Assembly (NCBI GenBank): GCA_030599585.1
Contig: JAUVNS010000002.1
Location: 320,001 to 384,000, forward strand
Reading direction: 5' to 3'
DNA from: Promethearchaeota archaeon
GTDB lineage: Archaea; Asgardarchaeota; Lokiarchaeia; Sigyniarchaeales; SOKP01
Length of the DNA stretch: 64,000 bases
In this document: in pieces, positions 9,600 to 18,162 of the stretch
How the letters are laid out: the number at the start of each line of letters is the position of its first letter
Position numbering within the stretch: position 1 is the stretch's first letter
Notes under the pieces: generated by a model
What the model saw: only the letters and a program-made list of their open reading frames with translations
Told to the model about the DNA's origin: nothing
Database searches by the model: none
Translations under genes and position numbers: made by a program

Positions 9600-10516
9600 T
9601 GTCGGGAATAGGACCTTTGTATCCAAATGAGAAACCAGAGAATCCATATGTTTTAGTATCATACGCGGGACATTTATTAGGAAACTATTCGTCTAGATTG
9701 TGCGCAGGATGTGGATATGGAATCATCGGGCATATTTTTACAAGACTATTTGAAGACGAAAAACTTGATCCGAAACTATATCCATTAGTTCTTGGTATAG
9801 GATGTTATTCTCAAATGTTATTAACAGTACACTACGCAACCCAAAAAGTTTTATCTCTGCACGGCCGTGCACCAGCTTTAGCGACAGGTATGAAAATGGC
9901 AAATCCTCTGATGAAACCAATAATTTTCACTGGTGATGGTGATTGTTTAGGGATCGGAGGTAATCATTTTATACACACATGTCGTCGAAATTTAGATTGT
10001 ATTATATTAATTTTCAACAATAGCATTTACGCAATGACGGGTGGACAAGGTGCACCTACAACATTATATGGTGCCAACAGTACAACGACACCATATAAAA
10101 TGTTTGAAAATCGGAGTGATGGAATTAAACTTGCTTTGGCTGCGGGAGCTACTTATGTAGCACGAACAACAGTTGCTCACCCACGCACTTTTATGAAATA
10201 TTTTAGAAAGGCACTAAAGCATAAGGGAACCTCTGTAATAGAATTAATTACTCCTTGTGTTACTTACTTCGGGAGAAAAAATTTAAATAACCTTGGAGCA
10301 GAACACTTAGGAATGAAAGGAGAAAAGATGGATACAGCGGGTAAAATGATAGATTGGATTAAAAGAAATAGTGTGAGAGTAAACCAAGCCAAGTTCATGA
10401 ACGAAGAAGAACTATTTAACAAATATGTTATTGGAGAATTTAGATACGCCCCAGATCAACCGGAGTATTCCGAAGAATACGCTAAAATACAAAAAATAGC
10501 AAGAGGAGGTAGCTGA
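9599..10516 (+). CDS. korB: 2-oxoacid:ferredoxin oxidoreductase beta subunit (TPP-binding)
   Basis: CAGCG, GIGC, LHGRA, GDGD...IGGNH...NN..YAMTGGQ, PCVT. Confidence 0.9.
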   Translation: MSGIGPLYPNEKPENPYVLVSYAGHLLGNYSSRLCAGCGYGIIGHIFTRLFEDEKLDPKLYPLVLGIGCYSQMLLTVHYATQKVLSLHGRAPALATGMKMANPLMKPIIFTGDGDCLGIGGNHFIHTCRRNLDCIILIFNNSIYAMTGGQGAPTTLYGANSTTTPYKMFENRSDGIKLALAAGATYVARTTVAHPRTFMKYFRKALKHKGTSVIELITPCVTYFGRKNLNNLGAEHLGMKGEKMDTAGKMIDWIKRNSVRVNQAKFMNEEELFNKYVIGEFRYAPDQPEYSEEYAKIQKIARGGS

Positions 10517-10520
10517 AATC

Positions 10521-11120
10521 GTGTCTCGGTATGAGTTTCGCGTAAGTGGGTTTGGTGGGCAGGGAGTTATAACTCTTAGTAAAATGATAATAATGGCAAG
10601 CTCAATCTATGAAGGCCTTGCTGCTACGCAAACTGAAGCCTATTCCGCCGCTGCAAGAGGGGGAAAATGCTGGGCAGAAGTAGTTGTTGACTTAGATAAA
10701 AAAATAGAGTTTATAGACTACCCTAAAGCTTTAACGCCCTACGATTTTTTAATCGTCTTATCAGAAGAATCTGCTAATGGTGTTAAGGTTGATTTTGTAA
10801 AAGATGAGGAAAACACAGGATTTTTAATATGGGACACCTCTACAATTAGAAAATTTAGGGTAGCAAAAAAAATTACTAAGGTTTTGGGTATACCAATTCA
10901 AAAATTAGCGGTTGAAAAGTTCGGGAATATTGTTTTTGGAAACTCAATTTTATTTGGTATCTTTACGATACTTTCGGGAATCTTTTCCGAAGAATCTGCT
11001 TCAGAAACTCTTAAGAAGTTTGTTCCGAATTCTACTTTAGATAAAAATTTAGAAGCCTTTGAATTAGGGAAACAAGAAGCAATGAATTTTTTAGAACAAA
11101 TAAAGGGTGTGAACAATTAG
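10521..11120 (+). CDS. korC: 2-oxoacid:ferredoxin oxidoreductase gamma subunit
   Basis: SGFGGQG, Y...ARGG, N...FG, N..AFELG. Confidence 0.9.
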   Translation: MSRYEFRVSGFGGQGVITLSKMIIMASSIYEGLAATQTEAYSAAARGGKCWAEVVVDLDKKIEFIDYPKALTPYDFLIVLSEESANGVKVDFVKDEENTGFLIWDTSTIRKFRVAKKITKVLGIPIQKLAVEKFGNIVFGNSILFGIFTILSGIFSEESASETLKKFVPNSTLDKNLEAFELGKQEAMNFLEQIKGVNN

Positions 11121-11121
11121 A

Positions 11122-12939
11122 ATGTTTATCGGGAAAGTTCAAAAAGGTTGGAAAGAGTTATATGAAGAAGTAATTCAAACGGGGAAATGTGTATACTGTG
11201 GAGCTTGTGGGGCATTCTGTGCCAACATTCTATTTGATAAAGAAAAGGAGATCCCAATAGAAGATGGGTCCTGTAAAGATATAAACACATGTAGAGATGG
11301 TTACGGACTTTGCTATAATCTCTGTCCAAAAACGGAAACTGAGACGATTCCTTTGTCATTATTGGACAATTGGGTTTTTGGAAAGAAACGCGATAAGATT
11401 CTTGGACATTATCTCAAAATTGTTTCAATTAAGCTAACAGATAAAGCAAGAAAAAGCATACCAGCTAAAGCGGGACCTTTAACAGGACTATTATGGTTGG
11501 CTATGGAAAACGGTTTAGTCGACTCCTCTATTATTACTGATAAAGACGATAACTTTAGACCTCTCCCTATGATCGCCCAGAATTCACAAGATATATTCAA
11601 AGGAGTAGGGTATAAACCAAGTCAAGGTCCTTTACTCTCACTTTTAGGAGATGCTATTAATAAAGAAAGCGTAGATATTGCTGTAGTAGGGACTCCTTGC
11701 CAAATTCAAGCTCTAAGAAAGCTACAGAACCACCCCGCATTTGATTACGAAGCATACGATTTAGTATCGCTTGCTATTGGGACTTTTTGCTTCGGAACTT
11801 ATTACAACCAATTATTAGAAATGGTTTTTGAGGAATTTGGGGTTAAATCAAGTGAAATAAATAAAATAGACACCGATAAAGACAACTTTAAGGTGAAAAT
11901 TATTAGTAATTCTACTGTTAAAGAAATACCACTAAATTATTTATACGAAAAAGCAATAAGAAAAGCTTGTTTTTCCTGTTCAGATTACACAGCTTCCTTT
12001 GCGGATTTATCAATTGGAAAATTTGGCAGTAAAGACGGTTGGAATACGCTAATTGTAAGAACAGAAAGAGGAAAACAAGTTTATGATTTAGCCATTGAAC
12101 AAGGGTTCATCAAAACAATACCATTAGAACACGATAAGAAAGAACTTATTTTGGATTTAACCAGAAATAAAACTGATATAGTCAAGATAGAATCAATAAC
12201 TGAACTTTCCCCCGAAATCAAAAGTTTTATGGTTAGAAACGCGAGGATTGCAGGCGCTTACAAACCGGGGATGTTTGTTATTTTATGGCTTCCCGATGTT
12301 GACTTCTTACCAATGTCCATCTCGAGCATAAACGAAGACCTTATCGAAATAACCGTTAAAAAAATAGGAGAGGGAACCTCCAAATTATTTGATCTAACTA
12401 AAGGAGACGCAATTGGAATTAGAGGTCCTTTTGGGAATTCGTTTAGTTACGAGGAATCGAAAAATATTCTTGTCGTAGGAGGAGGGATGGGAATCGCAGC
12501 CTTAACAACATTAATAGAAACTCTTAAACAAAACAAAGCAAACGTACAAGTAGCAATTGGAGCTAAAGATGAAGATTCGTTAATATTCGCTGAGAGACTG
12601 TTGAAATTGATTCCAAATACGATGTGTACTACTGATGACGGATCTTTTGGTAAGAAATGCGTCGTAACTGATCCCGTAGAAGATCTAATTAATAAAAAAC
12701 ACTTCGATTTGATTGTTACATGTGGTCCTGAAATTATGATGAAAAAAGTTCTTGAACTAGCAGAATCAAAGAATATTGAACTTCAAGCCAGCTTGGAACG
12801 AAAAATGAAATGTGGTGTAGGTTTATGTGGCTCTTGCTGCGTAGGAGTAGAGAATAATATAACCATTTGTAAAGATGGACCCGTGTTTAATTCAGATCAA
12901 TTAAAAAATTATCCGAAATTTGGAACTTATTCTAAATAA
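11122..12939 (+). CDS. Fusion of FrhB-family (F420 hydrogenase/dehydrogenase beta) and PyrK/NfnA-like FAD/NAD/[2Fe-2S] electron-transfer subunit
   Basis: N-part: CVYCGACGAFC, LCYNLCP, VGTPCQ, IGTFC, ACFSCSDY, ADLSIG. C-part: RGPFG, VGGGMG, TDDGS, CGPEIMM, SLERKMKCGVGLCGSC...CKDGPVF. Confidence 0.88.
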   Translation: MFIGKVQKGWKELYEEVIQTGKCVYCGACGAFCANILFDKEKEIPIEDGSCKDINTCRDGYGLCYNLCPKTETETIPLSLLDNWVFGKKRDKILGHYLKIVSIKLTDKARKSIPAKAGPLTGLLWLAMENGLVDSSIITDKDDNFRPLPMIAQNSQDIFKGVGYKPSQGPLLSLLGDAINKESVDIAVVGTPCQIQALRKLQNHPAFDYEAYDLVSLAIGTFCFGTYYNQLLEMVFEEFGVKSSEINKIDTDKDNFKVKIISNSTVKEIPLNYLYEKAIRKACFSCSDYTASFADLSIGKFGSKDGWNTLIVRTERGKQVYDLAIEQGFIKTIPLEHDKKELILDLTRNKTDIVKIESITELSPEIKSFMVRNARIAGAYKPGMFVILWLPDVDFLPMSISSINEDLIEITVKKIGEGTSKLFDLTKGDAIGIRGPFGNSFSYEESKNILVVGGGMGIAALTTLIETLKQNKANVQVAIGAKDEDSLIFAERLLKLIPNTMCTTDDGSFGKKCVVTDPVEDLINKKHFDLIVTCGPEIMMKKVLELAESKNIELQASLERKMKCGVGLCGSCCVGVENNITICKDGPVFNSDQLKNYPKFGTYSK

Positions 12940-13784
12940 TTAGTTTTCTCGGGAATCCCATTCGAGCAGGAAACTCCCACTTGACATAATCCACATCCAT
13001 AAATGTTAATTCCATAATTTTTTTTTATATATGGAATGGTTCCCGTAACGTGGTTGGAGCATATAATTTTATCGTGGCGGTTTTCGGAAGTTATTGCGTT
13101 AACTGGGCATCGGTCGATACAATCTCCACAATTATTACAATATTTGTAGGGATCTGAAGGTCTCTTGGCAGCGTCAGAGGGTAAACTATAATCAACAATT
13201 ATACTTCCACACCTCATTGCTTTACCCCTTGAGTTAATAAAACCATCGGATAAACCAAACGACCCTAAACCAGACGCAAAGCAGCAATGTCTGTGAGACC
13301 AGTTAGAAACCCAGATCTTACGGTTGATTTTAAATAAGGGCTTTTCCTGAGTAGGTGCCATTGCTTTTATTCCTAACTTTTTTAACTCGTCAATTAAATG
13401 TGTTTGAGCTTTCACATTTGCTTGTTCTCCGAATAATCGCGTATTCGCCCATCTTTCTGAAGGATAAACTTTAGAATATTCAAAATTCTCTTCCTTGGTT
13501 CTCTTGTTTATCGGGAGGATGTAGGTCACTACGCTTAGATTTTCGGTTGAGAGAGGTATGCCATTTTTTTCGCAATACCACGAGTAAGCTTCTATTGGTG
13601 TGAGATAAAATTCTCCTATAATATTCTTATATTCGCTAAAAATGGGATCGTCTCCAGAAACAAACCCAACAATTACATCAGGTTCAAAAATGAGAGAACT
13701 GTCCACCATTTTCATCTTATTACTTTCGTCACTTTCTAGGAAACTATTTATCTTTTCAACGAACCAATCTTTATTTATCCCCAT
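12927..13784 (-). CDS. Epoxyqueuosine reductase (QueG)-like 4Fe-4S protein
   Basis: WSHRH...SGLG.FG, CNNCGDCIDRCPVNAI, CGLCQVGVSC; convergent 13-nt overlap with the previous gene. Confidence 0.75.
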   Translation of the reverse strand: MGINKDWFVEKINSFLESDESNKMKMVDSSLIFEPDVIVGFVSGDDPIFSEYKNIIGEFYLTPIEAYSWYCEKNGIPLSTENLSVVTYILPINKRTKEENFEYSKVYPSERWANTRLFGEQANVKAQTHLIDELKKLGIKAMAPTQEKPLFKINRKIWVSNWSHRHCCFASGLGSFGLSDGFINSRGKAMRCGSIIVDYSLPSDAAKRPSDPYKYCNNCGDCIDRCPVNAITSENRHDKIICSNHVTGTIPYIKKNYGINIYGCGLCQVGVSCSNGIPEKTNYLE

Positions 13785-13909
13785 AAGAAAGTAAAACCTT
13801 CCTTAAATCAAATTTATCTATTTACTTATATATTTAATTACCCTTTAACTTTATTCATCATTCCTTAAATTCGGAAATTATTAGTTAATAAGGTTTTGTT
13901 CTATAGATT

Positions 13910-14875
13910 ATGGAAAATTACGATCTTAGAAAGGGTTTAATTAACGGAATTATTACCGTACTGTTAATAGGATTACAACCAGTCATTTCACTTTCGAGGC
14001 CGCCGATAATTGACGCTTTTACCTTTTCTACCATCACGGCACTATTTATGGCTATAATATTTTTTCCTTTATTCTTAATCGAAAGATTTAAAATGAAAAA
14101 CTTAGTTAAAACAGAATCGAATGACAGGATACATTCTCTTTTGAGTGGTTGGAAGCAACCAAGGAATATTAGATTACTTGTTGGAATTGGAATTGTTTTT
14201 TCTATTGTTCCTGTATTATTAATAGTGGGTTACGATCTCGCTGGAGCAGTTAATAGCTCACTCGCATTAAAAAGTGAAGTTATCATTGCTCTACTATCAG
14301 GTTATATCTTTTTAAATGAAAAACGAATATCTAAAACCCAGATTTTTTTCAGTATAATTTTAATTTTAGGATTATTTATCGCAATTACGCAAGGATTTTC
14401 AGAATTGTTTGAAATTAACCTCGGGGTTCTTATAATTGTAGTGGCGGTTATTATCTTTACTATTACGCATGCATTTACTAAATCAGGATTCGATAGAAAC
14501 GAAATTAGCCCTATTCAAGTAGTTTTTATTCGGAACGTATTAAGTGGAACAATATTGTTGTTAACTTATTTCATTTTTTTCCCCTTAGAAGGATTAATAA
14601 CCGTGCTTAAACCGGAATATCTTATATATCCTTTTATTATGGCATTAGATTGGGGATTTTCTTTATTATTCTGGTATAGAACATTGTCTTACATCTCTAT
14701 TGGAAAAGCGGGTGTTATTATGTCCTTAACACCAATCACATCAGCTTTTTTTTCCTGGATCATTCTCGGGGATGAGATCACATATTTCCACCTCATAGGA
14801 ATAACGATAGTAATTGTTTCGATTTACATGATCATTCGAGAAAGAAAAAATGAAAAGGAAATTAAAAGCAGTTAG
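13910..14875 (+). CDS. EamA/DMT family transporter
   Basis: About 10 hydrophobic segments in two EamA repeats; LTPI...ILGD. Confidence 0.85.
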   Translation: MENYDLRKGLINGIITVLLIGLQPVISLSRPPIIDAFTFSTITALFMAIIFFPLFLIERFKMKNLVKTESNDRIHSLLSGWKQPRNIRLLVGIGIVFSIVPVLLIVGYDLAGAVNSSLALKSEVIIALLSGYIFLNEKRISKTQIFFSIILILGLFIAITQGFSELFEINLGVLIIVVAVIIFTITHAFTKSGFDRNEISPIQVVFIRNVLSGTILLLTYFIFFPLEGLITVLKPEYLIYPFIMALDWGFSLLFWYRTLSYISIGKAGVIMSLTPITSAFFSWIILGDEITYFHLIGITIVIVSIYMIIRERKNEKEIKSS

Positions 14876-14897
14876 CAAAAATTAAATAATTAATGTA

Positions 14898-16052
14898 TTA
14901 TAAAGGGTATACACCAAATTTGTTAGCGGCTTCTATCATCCATCTCAAATGCTCAACTGACATCTTGGGATGAAAATTAGCCGGAGATATCATACCACCT
15001 CCTCCAGGACCCAGTGCGTTTATTGCATTTTTAACGGCTTGTTCCACTTCCTCTTTTGTAGCATCTACGAGAATATGTCTTGTATCGATATTTCCAGATA
15101 AACAGAGTTTGTCACCTATTTTCTTTTTGACTAAATACGGATCTACCAAAGGTGGTTCAAGACATTGCAGACCATCAAATCCTGACTCGACGATGAAGTC
15201 TAAGAGATCAGTAACATCACCATCAGTATGCAATATATATTTCCCACCCCACTCGTGAATCTGTTCTGAAACTTCTTGATAACGGGGAAGTAAATATTCA
15301 TTAAAGTTTTTGTGGCTCATAAATTGACCTCCCGAATGTGCAATATCTCCCCCTTCAAGAAAAATTTTAGCTCCGCAATCATGATAGGCTTTAAAAGTAG
15401 TTAATGTATAGTCAGTAGTGAAGCGAAACCGTTCTTTAACAAGTTTCGGATCATTTTTAAGAGCCCGAGCGAAATAAGCCATCCCCATCCCCTGCCAAAC
15501 TGGGGGAAACACTGAAGTTAATGCATTTTGAGCAAAAAGGCAAATGTCATCCTTTATATCACGGCATTTTCTCAAAACGCCCTTATAAAATTTTTTAGCC
15601 TTGTTGTATTCCTCCTTCATATCAGGCTTAGGATACGCTTCCCAATCTTCTCGATTTTTAATATATCCTCCATAGTAATCTGGATAAGGGTTTCCATCAA
15701 TATTACGGACTCTATGCCTCTTTCCAAATATATCTGTCATTTCTGTTTGGCTTTCAAGGATAAAGGGGATGTACTGTACTCCCACTCCATCAAATCCCAG
15801 ATCTAGCCCTGCTCTTACTGCTTTTGAAAATGTCGAAATTTCAATGTCAAGAAGGATATCGTTAATTTTATCTACCCAATCATCTGGATACTGTTTTTCC
15901 AGATCATCAAATATATCAAAAGCATTTCGCTTCGGACGACCTAAGATTTGATCAGCGACATTTCCATCAATATTAATGGTGTGGATTGGAATTCTATCCG
16001 GCTCCTCGAGATTTAACGCCGTCCATATCCGTTCGAAACTTTTCATAATCAA
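14898..16052 (-). CDS. Uroporphyrinogen decarboxylase / MtaA-CmuA methyltransferase family protein
   Basis: ER...ALN.EEPDRIP, LHTDG, GDKLCLSGNID, GGG.ISPAN. Confidence 0.82.
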   Translation of the reverse strand: MIMKSFERIWTALNLEEPDRIPIHTINIDGNVADQILGRPKRNAFDIFDDLEKQYPDDWVDKINDILLDIEISTFSKAVRAGLDLGFDGVGVQYIPFILESQTEMTDIFGKRHRVRNIDGNPYPDYYGGYIKNREDWEAYPKPDMKEEYNKAKKFYKGVLRKCRDIKDDICLFAQNALTSVFPPVWQGMGMAYFARALKNDPKLVKERFRFTTDYTLTTFKAYHDCGAKIFLEGGDIAHSGGQFMSHKNFNEYLLPRYQEVSEQIHEWGGKYILHTDGDVTDLLDFIVESGFDGLQCLEPPLVDPYLVKKKIGDKLCLSGNIDTRHILVDATKEEVEQAVKNAINALGPGGGGMISPANFHPKMSVEHLRWMIEAANKFGVYPL

Positions 16053-16157
16053 TGTTTTAAGGGTTGAATAAATTAATAATATTTTTCTTTATAGTGAGTT
16101 CTTCTTTTCTTCTTCATTATAAAAGTTTTTAATTTTTTCTAGTTTTTCTTAGATATC

Positions 16158-17099
16158 TTGAGTAATAATCTGAAAAAAGGCTTAATTTTTGGAGTTATCG
16201 GAACTATCCTTGTTGGATTTCAACCGATTATAGCAAATTCGGCTAAATCAATCGATTCTCATGTATTTGCAGCTATGACATGTTTGATTGAAGCAACAAT
16301 ATTTCTCCCTCTCATGATTTTAGAGATGCGAATCAACAAAAGGAAAGAAAGGAGAAATCCTGATGTAATGTCAAATAACTCAATTTTGACAAGTTTGAAG
16401 AAAAATTTTTGGGTAATAGCTTTTATCGGGATAATCTTTAGTATTAATCAACTTCTATTTTTTGTGGGATATCGATTAGCAGGGGCTATAAATGGATCTT
16501 TAACTCAAAAAACTTCCGTATTCTTTGGATTATTGTTTGGTTTTTTGTTATTAAAAGAAAAAATTTCAAAAATTCAAATCGTATTTTCCATCGTGTTATT
16601 TTTCGGTTTAGTAATAGCAATAACTCAAGGTTCGTTGAATTTTCTGAGCTTTAACACCGAAATTTTGATTGGTGTATTGATTGTATTATTAATTACAGCT
16701 CTATGGATGTTTGGCCACTCAATGACGAAACCATTGTTTAGTCGAAACGACTTTACCCCAACTCAAATGGTTTTCATCCGAAATATGTTAAGTGGAGTCA
16801 TATTAATAATTACTTACTTTACTTTTTCTCCTGTTGATTTAAGTGTATTTTTTAATCCATATAATCAATTCTTCTTTATATTAATGGGAACTGTATATGG
16901 CGGCGGTTTATTCTGTTGGTACAAGACACTTTCATATTTAGATGTCTCGAATGCTACCATTGTCTTATCTCCCACTCCAATTATTACCGCAATCTTTGCT
17001 ACATTTATATTAGGAGCGATTTTTACACTCTTTCATTTAATTGGTTTGATATTGGTTATCTTCTCTATTATTATAATTATGAAACAAAAAAAAGATTGA
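16158..17099 (+). CDS. EamA/DMT family transporter (paralog of 13910-14875)
   Basis: About 10 TM segments; shares KG...G....GxQP, LAGAxN.SL, Q.VFIRN.LSG and WY.TLSY with the first copy. Confidence 0.85.
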   Translation: MSNNLKKGLIFGVIGTILVGFQPIIANSAKSIDSHVFAAMTCLIEATIFLPLMILEMRINKRKERRNPDVMSNNSILTSLKKNFWVIAFIGIIFSINQLLFFVGYRLAGAINGSLTQKTSVFFGLLFGFLLLKEKISKIQIVFSIVLFFGLVIAITQGSLNFLSFNTEILIGVLIVLLITALWMFGHSMTKPLFSRNDFTPTQMVFIRNMLSGVILIITYFTFSPVDLSVFFNPYNQFFFILMGTVYGGGLFCWYKTLSYLDVSNATIVLSPTPIITAIFATFILGAIFTLFHLIGLILVIFSIIIIMKQKKD

Positions 17100-17354
17100 A
17101 AATTTATCCCTTCATTCCAATTTTCATAGTTTTATGGTTTATAGATATATTTTAGGTAAATGATATTCAAAAATATATTCTTATATGTTTTTCACTTCCC
17201 CACTAAGAATTGTTCACATGTCAATTTATAAAGGAATTAGATAATTCAGAACATTTATATATCGAAGGAATATAGTTATAAATATAAAAAAATATATTTC
17301 AAGAATCGAAATTCTTGCTTAAACTGTAGTTTAGACTATAAAGGAAGTAATAAA

Positions 17355-18161
17355 ATGATAGATGATAGTATAATCTCTGTGAGAGATTTAAAAAAGTATT
17401 TTGGCGAAGTTAAAGCGGTTAACGGCGTTTCTTTTGATGTCCATAAAGGAGAGATTTTTGGACTTCTGGGACCAAACGGGGCTGGAAAAACAACTACGAT
17501 TAAACTTTTATTAGGATTGCTTGAACCTCTAGAAGGGGAAATCAGTATTTTCGGGTTAAATCCCGAACGTGAAGAGGTTCTAATGAAAAAGAAAGTAGGT
17601 TATGTTTCTGAAGAAGCGTTAATATTTAAATCACTTACGCCTAAGGACCTGTTTAACTTTATTGCTTCAATTCGTAGATTAGATTCAAAAGAAGCAACCA
17701 AGCGGGTATCTGAATACCTTGAAAGTTTAGGGGCGACGGAACATTACGAACAAATGATCGCAACTTTATCGCATGGGAACAAACAAAAAATGCAAATCAT
17801 TGCATCCTTACTACATGAACCAGAGCTCTTGATATTAGATGAACCATTAGCAGGGCTTGACGCAAAATCTGTAAGAGTAGTAAAAGAATTATTGGATATG
17901 CATGTTGAAAAAGGTGGAGCAGTGCTTTTCTCTACCCATATTATGGAAGTAGCAGAAGATCTATGTGATCGCATAGCGATAATAAATAAAGGTAAGTTAG
18001 TAGGTCTTGGAACGATTGAAGAGCTTAGGAGTCAAGCAGATAAAGTTGGTGCAAGCCTCGAAGAAGTTTTTCTTAGATTAACTGAGCAAGACTCTTCAGT
18101 AGAAGAGATTGTAAAAAAGTTAAGGAAATCTTATAAGAAAAGAATAGAGGAGTCTGCTTAA
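17355..18161 (+). CDS. ABC transporter ATP-binding protein (ABC-2/exporter type), copy 1
   Basis: Walker A GPNGAGKTT, signature LSHGNKQK, Walker B LILDEP, STH. Confidence 0.95.
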   Translation: MIDDSIISVRDLKKYFGEVKAVNGVSFDVHKGEIFGLLGPNGAGKTTTIKLLLGLLEPLEGEISIFGLNPEREEVLMKKKVGYVSEEALIFKSLTPKDLFNFIASIRRLDSKEATKRVSEYLESLGATEHYEQMIATLSHGNKQKMQIIASLLHEPELLILDEPLAGLDAKSVRVVKELLDMHVEKGGAVLFSTHIMEVAEDLCDRIAIINKGKLVGLGTIEELRSQADKVGASLEEVFLRLTEQDSSVEEIVKKLRKSYKKRIEESA

Positions 18162-18162
18162 A

